DNA of 64,000 bases from Nannocystis bainbridge. GTDB taxonomy: Bacteria > Myxococcota_A > Polyangia > Nannocystales > Nannocystaceae. The position numbers and the translations under genes are program-made. How positions within the stretch are numbered: position 1 is the first letter of the stretch; the number at the start of each line of letters is the position of its first letter. Below are positions 1 through 9,707 of this stretch, one piece after another. The stretch lies in assembly GCF_028368995.1 (NCBI RefSeq), contig NZ_JAQNDL010000001.1:2016001-2080000 (forward strand), read 5' to 3'. The notes under the pieces were generated by a model. It saw only the letters and a program-made list of their open reading frames with translations, searched no databases and had not been told where the DNA came from.

Positions 1-192
1 TCTCCGCGACCTGGCTCTTCGGACAGAATCATCCGCGACCGACCTCGCGAGCCCGCGCAGGGAAAATTGTCCCCGGGTCCTATGATGATCCCGCCCATCG
101 CGGACCTCCTGCCGGCCGCCATTCTCGTGCCCAGCTTCCCCTCACGCGGCACCAACATGTCTCTTCGGACACTTCACGCGCAGACCCGGCCG

Positions 193-1299
193 TCACGCGG
201 GCGTGAGCACCTCGTAGGTCGCGCGCAGCGCCTGCCATGATTCGTCCGCCAGCTCGGACGGCCGGAAGCACCACAGCTCCTGCAGCCGCGCCAGCCGCGG
301 CCGCGCGGCCACCAGCGCCGCCACCGTCTCCGCGTCGAACTCCGTCCCCGGCAGCTCGAGCCGCTCGAGCGTGCCGGCCCACGGCGCCCTGGTCATCCGC
401 CGCAGCAGCTCGTCACCCTGAGTGCAGTAGCGCAGCTCCACGTGGCGCAGGCCCGGCATCCCCTCGGCGGCGCACAGCGCCGCCAGGTCGGCCGACTGCC
501 AGCCCACGTACCAGTCGTACTGAAAATCGATCGCCAGCCGCTCGAGCGCCGGCAGCCGCGCCGTCGCCAGGAACTCGAGCCCCGACCCGCGCGGCGTCGG
601 GCCCGGCCCCCAATCGCGGCGGTCCGAGGGCCCGAGCGGCGTTTTCCCCAGCCACCCGAGCTCGAGCTCCTGCAGCGTCGCGTGCTGCAGCCCATCGAGC
701 CCCAGCTCGGCCCGCGGCAGGCTCAACTTCGTCAGCCCCGGGCACTGCGCCAGCACCTGCGCGACCTTGTCGGTCGCCAACCACTGCACCCAATCGCGCT
801 CGTGCGAGCGCTCGCACGTCAACGCCAGCGATCGCAGCGCTGGCCACGGCCCGCCCGCGATCACGAGCGCCAGCGCCGGGTCGATGTCGTTGCGCCCGCG
901 GGCGTTGCTGCCCAGATCGAGCTGCACGAGCCCTGGCGTCCGCGCCAGCATGGCCCGCAGCGCCGCCAGGATCGGCGCCGCGTCGTCCGGATCGTCGATC
1001 GCCAGCGACATCGAGGTCCTCGCCGCGTCGAGCTCGAGCACGTCGTCCCAGCGGTCGCTCCAGTGCCGCCGACGATCGAGCGTCAGCTGCTGCAGCCCCG
1101 GCGGCAGCCCGACCGCCGCGATCGCGTCGGTCAGCGCCGCGAACTCCTCCTCGTTGCCGCCGAGGTCGCAGGCGAGCGTCAGCGCGCGCAGCCGCGGCTC
1201 CGCGCACAGCCGCGGCCACGCCTCCAGCCCGCGCTCGATCGCCAGCGTCAGCGAATCACCCGCCTGCAGCAGCTCCTCCGCCGGTTCGTCCGCGCTCAC
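193..1299 (-). CDS. Leucine-rich-repeat-like hypothetical protein
   Basis: 368-aa ORF with repeated LxxLxL units (LRALTL, LVQLDL, LRSLAL, LTKLSL, LQELEL, LERLAI, LRHVEL, LERLEL); codon usage fits the host. Confidence 0.7.
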   Translation of the reverse strand: MSADEPAEELLQAGDSLTLAIERGLEAWPRLCAEPRLRALTLACDLGGNEEEFAALTDAIAAVGLPPGLQQLTLDRRRHWSDRWDDVLELDAARTSMSLAIDDPDDAAPILAALRAMLARTPGLVQLDLGSNARGRNDIDPALALVIAGGPWPALRSLALTCERSHERDWVQWLATDKVAQVLAQCPGLTKLSLPRAELGLDGLQHATLQELELGWLGKTPLGPSDRRDWGPGPTPRGSGLEFLATARLPALERLAIDFQYDWYVGWQSADLAALCAAEGMPGLRHVELRYCTQGDELLRRMTRAPWAGTLERLELPGTEFDAETVAALVAARPRLARLQELWCFRPSELADESWQALRATYEVLTPA

Positions 1300-1610
1300 C
1301 GCCCCAGTGTACCCCCCGGCCGAGCGCGCCGCGACCCGTCGTCACCGCGCAGCTTCGAGCGATCACGGACTGCCCTCATTGCCACGCTACTGTCATTGGC
1401 GATCGCCCCGCCAATGTCGTGACGGCCCGCCCTGTCACGACCCGGTGACGCCGCGCCGCCGTCGCGTCACCGACCTTCACCGCATTGCCGCCTGGCCTCC
1501 GCGGTAGTTGACACGAACGTCGCCGAATCTCCCGCAGGGCGTCGGCCGGGTGCAACCTTCGCCTCGTAGCGTCCCCGCGCCGGCGCTCGATCGACGGCAG
1601 GAGACCCTCG

Positions 1611-3998
1611 ATGCCTCGCACTCGCTTCACGCTCCGCCTCACCCTCCCCGCCTTGTGGCTCGGCCTGTTCGGCGCGCCCGCGTGCGGCGACGACTCCGCC
1701 GCCATGACCGACTCCGCCGGCAGCGACACCGGCGGCCAGCCCGGCGAGCCTGGCGAACCGGGCCAGCCCGGTCAGCCCGGCCAGCCTGGCGAACCTGGCC
1801 AGCCCGGCGGCCCTGGCGATCCTGGCGACCCCGGTGATCCGGGGCAGCCCGGCGATCCCGGCGAGCCGGGCGACCCGGGCGAGCCTGGCGACCCCGGCCT
1901 CGACTTCGAACGGGCCCCGCGCTCGAGCGTCGTCGCCCTCCACTTCGCCGACGATCTCGGCACTGGCGCCGCCGACATCGCCGAGCTCGTCAAGACGCTC
2001 ACGGGACATGTCGCAACGGACAGCTTGCCGCCCGGCCTGCAGTTCCCGCTCGCCCCCGCCTCGACCGACACCGTGCGCGTCATCGCCGGCCTGCGGTCCA
2101 ACGTCCTCGTGCGCTGGCTCGACCCGCTCGGCCACGACGACCTGCCCGAATCGCCGCGGTTCGGCGCCAACAATGATTATATCGCCTACTTCGGCGACGG
2201 CTGGAACGACTCGCCCGAGAATGTCCCGCAGTGGCACGGCAGCGGCAGCGGCGCGTGGCTGTGGGTCAATCACGAGTACATCTCCGGCAGCAGCCCGACC
2301 AGCACCTCCGCGCCCGACGGCCAGCACCGCACCCTCGCCCAGTTCCTCCGCCGCCTCGAGCTGCTCGCCCTCGACATCGGCGGCGACCTCTGGGACGACG
2401 CCTCGCTCGTCACCTACGGCGCCGAGTACAAGCGGCAGGTCGGCGGCTCCTGGCTGCACGCCGTGCAGGACCCCGCCACCGGCGAGTGGGCCCTCGACCG
2501 CAGCCGCCCCGCCGTGCGCTACGACGCCACCAGCGCCACCCTCACCAAGATCACCGGCCTCGCGGGCCTCAGCAGCGACAAGGACGACGCCGGCGCCGAC
2601 CTGCCCGCGAATGTCGTGTCCGGCATCCTCGGCGACTGCTCCGGCGGCCAGACCCCGTGGGGCACCGTCATCACCGCCGAGGAGAACGTGCAGGACTATT
2701 ACGGCGACATGGAGACCTGCTGGAACGGCCAGCAGTTCGTCGCTGGCGCCGGCTGTGACGCCGGCCAGGACCTCACCTTCGAAGTCGTCGCCAGCGACAG
2801 CAGCGAGTTCGGCCGCTCGCCCGACGCCGACGCCAGCCACCCGCGCGACCTCTACGGCTACCTCGTCGAGATCGATCCGGGCGCGCCCGCCGACGAATAT
2901 TACGAGAAGACCACCCCCGGCGTCGGTCACCGCAAGCTCGGCGCCATCGGCCGCGCGCGCTGGGAGAACGCCACCTTCGCCGTCGACGATCAGTGGCGGC
3001 CGCTGGTCGGCGAGCCGCTCGTCATCTACGGCGGCGACGATCGCCGCAGCGGGCGGATCTTCAAGTTCGTCTCGAAAAATCCGTACACCGCCGGCATGAC
3101 GAAGGCCCAGGCGCGCGCGCTGCTCGACGAGGGAGACCTCTACGTCGCGCACTTCGCCGACCTCGACAACACCACCGGCACCGAGCTCGCCGGTGGCGTC
3201 GAGCCGACCGAGCAGAACCCTGGCCAGGGCGCGTGGATCCGCCTCTCCGTCGACAACACCAGCGACGACGCCCCCAACGCCGGCACCGCCGCCGGGCCGG
3301 CCGGCACCAAGGTCGGCGCCGCGCTGAAGTCGACCGAGTGGAACGCCATCGGTGGCTTGCCGACCGACGACGACGTGCGGCGGGTCCTGTTCACCAGCTG
3401 CAACAAGCTCGGGATCATGGAGCTCAACCGGCCCGAAGATCTCGAGTGGAACCCCAACGATCCGAGCGGCACTCCGCGGCTCTACGTCGCCTTCACCAAG
3501 CACGGCGGGCAGACCGCTCTCGACGGTGACGGCGTCCTGTTCGCCCCCGACGAATACGCCATGAACTCGCCCAAGCGCAGCGACGCCGTCGGCACCATCT
3601 TCGCCATGCAGGAGGCCGACCCGGCCAAGCCTGCCAGCTCCGCCAGCTTCACCTACTTCAAGGCCTTCCACGGCAGCGAGGGCGACGGTGTGTTCGACGC
3701 TGCCGACCCGGACAACCTCGTCATCGATCGCAGCGGCGGCGTGTGGTTCGGCACCGACGGCAACTTCGGCGTCAGCGGCCACGCCGACGCCGTCTACTAC
3801 CTCGACCTCGATCCGGCCCACAAAGCCGGTCAGCCTGGCGTCGTCACCCCCACGTGGGGCAAGGCCCTGCGCGTGGTCGCCGGTCCGAGCGACAGCGAGG
3901 CCACCGGCCCGGCTTTGAGCAGCGACATGCGCACGCTGTTCTTCTCGGTCCAGCACCCCGGCGAGGCCGTCTTCTCGACCTGGCCCGGCACCCCGTAG
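1611..3998 (+). CDS. phoX: PhoX-family (DUF839) alkaline phosphatase, lipoprotein with collagen-like stalk
   Basis: RBS caggag upstream; lipobox-like PAC-GDD; motifs FGANNDY, WVNHEY, CSGGQTPWGTVITAEEN, GRARWEN, NRPED, PDNL, EATGP, FFSVQHPGE typical of PhoX. Confidence 0.88.
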   Translation: MPRTRFTLRLTLPALWLGLFGAPACGDDSAAMTDSAGSDTGGQPGEPGEPGQPGQPGQPGEPGQPGGPGDPGDPGDPGQPGDPGEPGDPGEPGDPGLDFERAPRSSVVALHFADDLGTGAADIAELVKTLTGHVATDSLPPGLQFPLAPASTDTVRVIAGLRSNVLVRWLDPLGHDDLPESPRFGANNDYIAYFGDGWNDSPENVPQWHGSGSGAWLWVNHEYISGSSPTSTSAPDGQHRTLAQFLRRLELLALDIGGDLWDDASLVTYGAEYKRQVGGSWLHAVQDPATGEWALDRSRPAVRYDATSATLTKITGLAGLSSDKDDAGADLPANVVSGILGDCSGGQTPWGTVITAEENVQDYYGDMETCWNGQQFVAGAGCDAGQDLTFEVVASDSSEFGRSPDADASHPRDLYGYLVEIDPGAPADEYYEKTTPGVGHRKLGAIGRARWENATFAVDDQWRPLVGEPLVIYGGDDRRSGRIFKFVSKNPYTAGMTKAQARALLDEGDLYVAHFADLDNTTGTELAGGVEPTEQNPGQGAWIRLSVDNTSDDAPNAGTAAGPAGTKVGAALKSTEWNAIGGLPTDDDVRRVLFTSCNKLGIMELNRPEDLEWNPNDPSGTPRLYVAFTKHGGQTALDGDGVLFAPDEYAMNSPKRSDAVGTIFAMQEADPAKPASSASFTYFKAFHGSEGDGVFDAADPDNLVIDRSGGVWFGTDGNFGVSGHADAVYYLDLDPAHKAGQPGVVTPTWGKALRVVAGPSDSEATGPALSSDMRTLFFSVQHPGEAVFSTWPGTP
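1734..1897 (+). repeat. Collagen-like (Gly-X-Pro)n coding repeat
   Basis: Translates as GQPGEPGEPGQP...GDPG, roughly 18 triplets, between the lipobox and the PhoX domain. Confidence 0.9.
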
Positions 3999-4010
3999 GG
4001 AATCCAGGAC

Positions 4011-5687
4011 ATGCTCCGCTCGCACCGCCCCGGCTTTCACCTCGCCTCTGCCCTCGCCCTGCTCGGCCTCGTCGCCGTGCAGTGGTGGCTGCCCGCGCGC
4101 GCGAGCTCCGAGGCCGCGGCAGCGCCCGCGCATGTCCCAGACCCGTCGTACGACCCGCTGGCCGTCGCGCGCGCCGCCGGCTCGCGCGTCGACAACCTCG
4201 AGGCCTCGATCCCCCCGCAGTGTTACACGCGGACCGGCGCGACCTCGAACCCTTGCTTTGCCTGTCATACTGCCTCGCAAGATCCGAACGGCATGAACGA
4301 CTGGCACCTCCAGCAGGAGTACGCCTTCTCGGACGAGGGTCGCCTCAATCACTGGACCAACCTCTTCGTCGATCGGCGCCCGGCGATCGCCGCCATCGCC
4401 GACGACGACATCCTCCGCCACGTGCGCGAGGACAACTACGGCCCGCTGCGCGCCGCCCTGCGCGATCGGCCCGACTTCCCCGGTTACGCCCCCGACCTCG
4501 ACCTCGCCGCCGGCTTCGGCCCTGACGGCCTGGCGCGCGACGGCAGCATGTGGCGGACCTACGCCTACAAGCCGTTCGTCGGCGCCTTCTGGCCGACCAA
4601 TGGCAGCACCGGCGACGCCTTCGTCCGCCTGCCCGAGACTTTTCGGACATGTCCCGAAGGACATGTCTCCGAGGCCATCTACAAGATCAACCTCGCCGTG
4701 CTCGAGGCCGCCGTCGCCGGCCCGGCCAAGCCGCCCGCCGGGTTCGCCTGGCCGACCGAGCCGCTCGACGAGCGCAGCGTCGGCGTCGACCTCGACCGCG
4801 ACGGTCGGCTCGCCACCGCCACCGTCCTGCGCGGCCTGCCCACCCATTACTTCGGCGGCGCCGCGCGGCGCCCGGTGCGCCGCGGCGTCTACCCCGAGGG
4901 CACCGAGTTCTTGCACAGCGTGCGCTACCTCGACCCCGACGCGCCCGGCCTGCTCGCCGCGCGCATGAAGGAGCTGCGCTACGCGAAGAAGGTCGACGAG
5001 CTCGATCGCTGGGCCACCCAGCGCGCCTACGAAGAGGAGTTCGACAGCCGCCAGGAGGGTCAGCTGCCGCGCTGGCGCGGCTCGCCCGAGGTCGGCCTGC
5101 TCGGCGATTTCGGCTGGCAGCTGCAGGGCTTCATCGAGGACGAGCGGGGCCGCCTGCGCCTCCAGACCGCCGAGGAGCACCGCTTCTGCATGGGCTGTCA
5201 CAACGGCATCGGCATCACCGTCGACCAGACCTTCTCGTTCCCGCGCAAGCTCCCGGGCGCGTCCGGCTGGAAGTACCAGGACCTGCGCGGCACGAGCGAC
5301 GTGCCGGCCGCCGGCCACGCCGAGCCCGAGTACCTCACGTACATGCGCCGCGTCGGCGGCGGCGACGAGCTGCGGGCCAACGACGAGATGCTGGCGCGCT
5401 TCTTCCCCGGCGGCGCCCTCGACGAGGCCGAGGTCCGCCGCGCCGCCCCCGGAGGCGACCGCGACCTCGCCTGGCTGCTCGCCCCCTCGCGCGCCCGCGC
5501 CCTCGCGCTCGACAAGGCCTACCTGCTGATCGTGCGCGAGCAGTCGTTCACCCGCGGCCGCGACGCCACCCTCGCCCCCGCCGCCAACGTCCACCGCGAG
5601 ATCGGCAGCAAGACCACCGAGCTGGCCGCCGCCGAGACCCGCTGGCTCGACGCCCGCCTCCAGCTCGCCTGGCCCGCGACGCCGTGA
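4011..5687 (+). CDS. Exported protein with two CxxCH motifs (putative di-heme c-type cytochrome), co-oriented with phoX
   Basis: N-terminal hydrophobic signal; CFACH and CMGCH; starts 12 bp after the phoX stop. Confidence 0.7.
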   Translation: MLRSHRPGFHLASALALLGLVAVQWWLPARASSEAAAAPAHVPDPSYDPLAVARAAGSRVDNLEASIPPQCYTRTGATSNPCFACHTASQDPNGMNDWHLQQEYAFSDEGRLNHWTNLFVDRRPAIAAIADDDILRHVREDNYGPLRAALRDRPDFPGYAPDLDLAAGFGPDGLARDGSMWRTYAYKPFVGAFWPTNGSTGDAFVRLPETFRTCPEGHVSEAIYKINLAVLEAAVAGPAKPPAGFAWPTEPLDERSVGVDLDRDGRLATATVLRGLPTHYFGGAARRPVRRGVYPEGTEFLHSVRYLDPDAPGLLAARMKELRYAKKVDELDRWATQRAYEEEFDSRQEGQLPRWRGSPEVGLLGDFGWQLQGFIEDERGRLRLQTAEEHRFCMGCHNGIGITVDQTFSFPRKLPGASGWKYQDLRGTSDVPAAGHAEPEYLTYMRRVGGGDELRANDEMLARFFPGGALDEAEVRRAAPGGDRDLAWLLAPSRARALALDKAYLLIVREQSFTRGRDATLAPAANVHREIGSKTTELAAAETRWLDARLQLAWPATP

Positions 5688-5736
5688 GCGACGTGCTCTT
5701 CAAGACATGTCCATGCAGACATGTCTCGAAAGACTA

Positions 5737-7407
5737 TTAAAGATCCGGGCAGTCCGCGGTCGGATTCCACGCCTGCCAGCAGCTCGCCAAATACCACGAG
5801 CCCGGTGGCTCCGCCTCGGTCGACCGCAGCTCGAACTCCGCGTTGGAGCCCTTTGCGGCGCAGCGCGGGCTGATGTCCGGACCGGTGTGGACGATGATGC
5901 AGCGCGGCGAGCCGCCCTGGCTGACCCATTCGCCATCCTGGCGCACGCACGTCGGCACCGGGGTCGATCCTTCGCCCAGCTGGTACAGCGAGAAGTCGCA
6001 GACCGCGTCGATCTCCGGCGTATCCGGATCGGCGTCGCGCACACAGTATCGGAAGCATTGCGACCCGAGGTTGGCGCTCGCCACCGTGGCGGCCTGCGCG
6101 AACGCGTCCGACCAATCGTCCTCGCAGATCGACGCAGCATTCAGCCCGAACTCGCGGCTCGCCGCCAAGAGCCGCACCGCCGGCGGCGCGGCCATCGCAT
6201 CGCCGCTGCAGGCCGGCCCGATCCCGTGCTGGGTCTGGAACGCCGGGTCGTCGGCGTCCGCGTACGTGATCGCCTGCCCCTCGGCGTAGTCGGGCGGGAC
6301 CCCGCCGACGGTCCACAGCCGCACCTCCGCGCCGATCGCGATCGAATTGCGGAGCAAATACTGCCGCGTCAGCAGGTCGGCGAAGTGCCGCGTCGGAGTC
6401 AGCACCGCCGCGTCGGCGCTGGTCCGCTCGCCATCGTCGCCGCGATCGACCGGCGAGCAATTGTCGTAGACCGGCCCGGGGCCGCCGCAGACGGCGCCAG
6501 CGCGCCAGCAGATCGCGGGCGACAGATCCGGCGGCTGCAGGTCGCCCCAGAAGACCTCGTTGTCGCCGAAGATCGCCTCGTGCCCGGGCGCGACCGAACA
6601 GTCGTTGCCCGCGCTGATCACGATCACCAGCAGGTCGGCGGTCTCGCGCAGGAAGCCGTACGCCGGATCGCCCGCGTCCTCCGAGCGCGTGATGACCTGC
6701 TCGAGGCTGGCGAGCGGGCTCGTGAACTCGCAGCCCGCCACGCCTTGCGGCACCGCGCAGCGCAGCGCCTCCGCCAGCTCGACTCCGTCTGGCAGGTTGT
6801 CGCCACTCGGCGCCACCTCGAGCCAAGGCCGTACTGCGACCTCGCCCTCGCGCCCGGGCGTCGGCCTCAGCGTCAGCGAATCGAGCGAGCACCCCGCCGT
6901 GCACGCCGTCCGCGCATCGATCCCCTCGGCCACGAACTCGCCCAGCCGCGCGCGACAGCTCTCCATGCGCAGCGCCCCGCGCTCGGCCGTCGTCGCGCAC
7001 TGCGGATTGCCGGCGTCGGTGGTCGTGACCGCGAACCGCAGCGACGGCGCCGGCCTGACCGCGCGCAGCACCTCCACGAGCGGCGCCATCGCCCCCGCCA
7101 GCTGCGCCAGCCGCGGCGCGATCGCCGGGCTGTCGTCGACGATGAACAGCACGTCGAGCTCGTCATGAAACTCGACGTCGATCGGGAACGGACCGGGACC
7201 CGGGAATCCCGGCGTCGAGGTCGCCTGGACGCAGGTCCCGTCGCGCTCGTCCGCGCCCAAAAACACGCAGCGCTGTCTCTCGGTACAGTCTTCCTGGACC
7301 CGACAGGCACCCACCGCCGCCGCCTCGTCGGCGCACGCGAGCGAGACAGCGAGGCTCGCGGACATCAGGACCCTCGCCGCCGCGCCTGCGTCCTTGAACC
7401 CGATCAC
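5737..7407 (-). CDS. Cys-rich myxobacterial lipoprotein with vWA-like motif
   Basis: Lipobox SLAC; LDVLFIVDDS...FAVTTTD motif; many Cys. Confidence 0.65.
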   Translation of the reverse strand: MIGFKDAGAAARVLMSASLAVSLACADEAAAVGACRVQEDCTERQRCVFLGADERDGTCVQATSTPGFPGPGPFPIDVEFHDELDVLFIVDDSPAIAPRLAQLAGAMAPLVEVLRAVRPAPSLRFAVTTTDAGNPQCATTAERGALRMESCRARLGEFVAEGIDARTACTAGCSLDSLTLRPTPGREGEVAVRPWLEVAPSGDNLPDGVELAEALRCAVPQGVAGCEFTSPLASLEQVITRSEDAGDPAYGFLRETADLLVIVISAGNDCSVAPGHEAIFGDNEVFWGDLQPPDLSPAICWRAGAVCGGPGPVYDNCSPVDRGDDGERTSADAAVLTPTRHFADLLTRQYLLRNSIAIGAEVRLWTVGGVPPDYAEGQAITYADADDPAFQTQHGIGPACSGDAMAAPPAVRLLAASREFGLNAASICEDDWSDAFAQAATVASANLGSQCFRYCVRDADPDTPEIDAVCDFSLYQLGEGSTPVPTCVRQDGEWVSQGGSPRCIIVHTGPDISPRCAAKGSNAEFELRSTEAEPPGSWYLASCWQAWNPTADCPDL

Positions 7408-7431
7408 CGGGCCACGTTACCTTGGGCGCCG

Positions 7432-7866
7432 ATGCGCTCCAAGCCCGCTCGCCACCGGTGCGCCCTCGCGCTCGGCCTCGGCCTGGTCGCCTGTCACGAG
7501 CCCACGGACGGAGCGACGTGCTTGCCGCCCGCACGCCCGCTCGACGATGTCGTCGAGATCCCCCTCGACGACATCGCCGCGAACGCGCCGCCTTGGGCCC
7601 AGACGCTGCGCTGGTACTGCGAGGACCCGCCGCCGGACGAGCTGCTCGACGGCTGGTACACCAGCGCGCTGATCTGGGTCGACGGCGAGGACTGCGACCC
7701 GTGCGACCGCGAGCGGATCGCCAGCCTCGCGGTCACCCAGGTCTGCGACGCCGAAGGCCCGCCGGCCCTGCGCCTGCTGTGTGGGCCGATCCCGCTGTCG
7801 CTGGAGCCGTGGCAGCGCAAGGGCTGTGTCTACGCCGTCGCCACCACCAGCGGCTGCGTGTATTGA
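7432..7866 (+). CDS. Small Cys-rich lipoprotein
   Basis: ATG at 7432, MRSKPARHRCALALGLGLVAC lipobox; it is the 3' end of the long 5707..7866 ORF, the rest of which shadows the minus-strand gene. Confidence 0.6.
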   Translation: MRSKPARHRCALALGLGLVACHEPTDGATCLPPARPLDDVVEIPLDDIAANAPPWAQTLRWYCEDPPPDELLDGWYTSALIWVDGEDCDPCDRERIASLAVTQVCDAEGPPALRLLCGPIPLSLEPWQRKGCVYAVATTSGCVY

Positions 7867-7968
7867 TCGCGCTGCCCGCGATCGCCAGCACCGCGGCACG
7901 CACCGCGGGTCGTGCCAATCGCATGACCCTCGCGAATCACCACACTCTGGCCTCGTGCCGGCCGCGCC

Positions 7969-8484
7969 TCACGCCGCCGCCGGCGCTTCGCGCAGCCCGG
8001 CGACCACCGCTTCCATCCGGTCGTACGACACCTGCATCCCGCTCTCCATCCCCGAGTTGATGTGCCCGTCGCGGTGCTCCTGGCACGAGTGCTTGACCAG
8101 CGTGCGCATCGTCGTCACCCCGTCGACCTCCTCCAGCGTCATCGTGTTGAGCGCCTCTCCGTCGGGGAAGCCCTCGAACACCTCCGTCGACACCACCCGG
8201 TGCGGCCGATCGATCTGGCGATATTCGCCGTGGAAGCCGACCTCCATGTCCTGCTCACGGACCACGTAGCGCCAGCGCCCGCCCTCGCGCAGGTCGACCT
8301 CGCAGACCAGCCACTCCCCCGTCTCGAAGCCCCACCAGCGCTTGATCAGCGCCGGCGTCGTGCAGGCCTTGAAGATCAGCTCGGCCGGGTAATCGAACAC
8401 GCGGGTGATGAGGATCTCGGTGTCGGACGGCAGGGTGACGACGGCCGAACCATGGCGATTGGGGACATTCTTGGGGCTTGTCAT
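7969..8484 (-). CDS. SRPBCC/AHSA1-like protein
   Basis: EILITRVFD.P.ELIF...WWG, VDLREGGRWRY, FHGEYREI-like and GMESG motifs; ATGA overlap with the ArsR gene. Confidence 0.88.
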   Translation of the reverse strand: MTSPKNVPNRHGSAVVTLPSDTEILITRVFDYPAELIFKACTTPALIKRWWGFETGEWLVCEVDLREGGRWRYVVREQDMEVGFHGEYRQIDRPHRVVSTEVFEGFPDGEALNTMTLEEVDGVTTMRTLVKHSCQEHRDGHINSGMESGMQVSYDRMEAVVAGLREAPAAA

Positions 8485-8825
8485 GACTGCTTCTTCTCCT
8501 GGGATTGGAGCTCGGCGAGGAGATCGTCGAGCCGATCGAGGCGGGTGTTCCAGGTCCGCTCGAAGCGGCGGACCCACTCGTGGATGGGCTTCAGCGCCGG
8601 ACCGTTCAGGCGGTACCAGCGGTGCTTCCCGTCGACTCGCACGTGCACGACACCGACCGCCCGCAGCACGCCGAGGTGCTTGGACACCGTCGGTTGACTG
8701 AGGCCCAGCCGCTCCGCGAGCTCGCCGACCGTCGCCTCCCCGCTGCCCAGGGCATCGAGGAGGTCGCGTCGGCTCGCCTCGGCGACGGCGTTGAAAACGT
8801 CGGTGGTCGTGGGCGTTCGAGCCAC
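8481..8825 (-). CDS. ArsR/SmtB family transcriptional regulator
   Basis: DVFNAVAEASRR, LSQPTVSKHLGVLR, RWYRLN winged-HTH; standard ArsR-SRPBCC pair. Confidence 0.9.
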   Translation of the reverse strand: MARTPTTTDVFNAVAEASRRDLLDALGSGEATVGELAERLGLSQPTVSKHLGVLRAVGVVHVRVDGKHRWYRLNGPALKPIHEWVRRFERTWNTRLDRLDDLLAELQSQEKKQS

Positions 8826-8831
8826 TTCGAT

Positions 8832-8859
8832 ATCATATTCCCATATCGGAATATGTCAA
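8832..8859 (-). promoter_or_regulatory. Sigma70-type promoter with overlapping operator palindrome for the ArsR operon
   Basis: Minus strand TTGACA (8859-8854), 16 bp, TATGAT (8837-8832); perfect inverted repeat CATATTCC-N6-GGAATATG at 8834-8855. Confidence 0.75.
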
Positions 8860-8930
8860 GCCCGAAAGCGCCGCCGCCCCGACCGGGCGGTCGAGGCGGC
8901 GGAAGAAGGGGCCCTGGCGCGGCCCTGGGC

Positions 8931-9707
8931 TCAGCTCCAGCGGACGCGCGCGCGCAGGCCGGCGAGGCTGCCGTCGGGCGCCACGCCGACGATGAACACC
9001 GGGTGGACCGGCCCGCCCTCGGGGTCGGCGCCGACGATGTACACCTGCAGGTCGGCCAGCGACGACTGCATCGACTGCGCCAGCGCCACGGCCTGCGCGG
9101 TCTGGCCGGGCGTGTGGTGGTCGACCAGGCGGCGGAAGAAATCGGCCGCCGACTCGATGCGGGCGATCTGGTCCTTCGGGTCGTCGAGCTTGAGCCCGAG
9201 CGTGGCCACGAAGCTCTGCGCCGTCAGGCTCTCGAGCTGCGCCGGCGCGTGGAAGCTCAGGAACTGCTCGTTCGTCAGCTCGGTGCCGTAGTCGTCGAAC
9301 ACGAGGTTGTAGGCCAGCGACTCGAAGTGGTTGGCCAGCTCCTCGCCGCCGCGCTGGCGGTGGCGCGCGACCTTGACGGCGAGCCGCCCGAGCGGGGGCA
9401 TGGTCGCGACCTCGGCGGCGGACAGGCCGTTGTCGTTGGTGTCGAACGCGGCCACCAGCTGCTCGCGGGCCACGACCAGCGCCTTCTCGATGTCGCCGCG
9501 GTCGACCCGCTCGCTCGGGTTGCCGTCCTGGCGGACGATGAAGCGGTAGAAGAAATCGACGAGATCGCGCTCGGCTCCGGTGAGCTCGGCGATCTTGCGC
9601 CGGATCTCCGCGCGGCTGGTGATCTTGTCGCGGCCGCCCGCTTCAATGATCTGGGCGGCCGCCCACTCGAACGCTGCATTGACCTCGGACTTGGCGATGC
9701 GTGTCAC
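8931..9707 (-). CDS. Nuclease A inhibitor (NuiA)-like domain protein with N-terminal helical/EF-hand-like region
   Basis: C-terminus LADLQVYIVG...VFIVGVAPDGSLAGLRARVRWS resembles NuiA family ends; DTNDNGLSAAE loop; GTG start picked by eye. Confidence 0.6.
   Translation of the reverse strand: MTRIAKSEVNAAFEWAAAQIIEAGGRDKITSRAEIRRKIAELTGAERDLVDFFYRFIVRQDGNPSERVDRGDIEKALVVAREQLVAAFDTNDNGLSAAEVATMPPLGRLAVKVARHRQRGGEELANHFESLAYNLVFDDYGTELTNEQFLSFHAPAQLESLTAQSFVATLGLKLDDPKDQIARIESAADFFRRLVDHHTPGQTAQAVALAQSMQSSLADLQVYIVGADPEGGPVHPVFIVGVAPDGSLAGLRARVRWS

Noticed and set aside
4645-4668. Resemblance of GGACATGTCC to the p53 half-site and of TGTC/GACA to CRP/MrpC boxes
   Set aside because: p53 is irrelevant in bacteria. 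CRP-family boxes are TGT-N10-ACA whereas this motif is TGT-N8-ACA, and it sits mostly at gene 3' ends.
1467-5594. 1375-aa minus-strand ORF, and similar long ORFs at 18123..20471, 20667..22748, 53296..56463 and 62250..63902
   Set aside because: Antisense shadows of well-supported genes, expected in high-GC3 DNA; no motifs.
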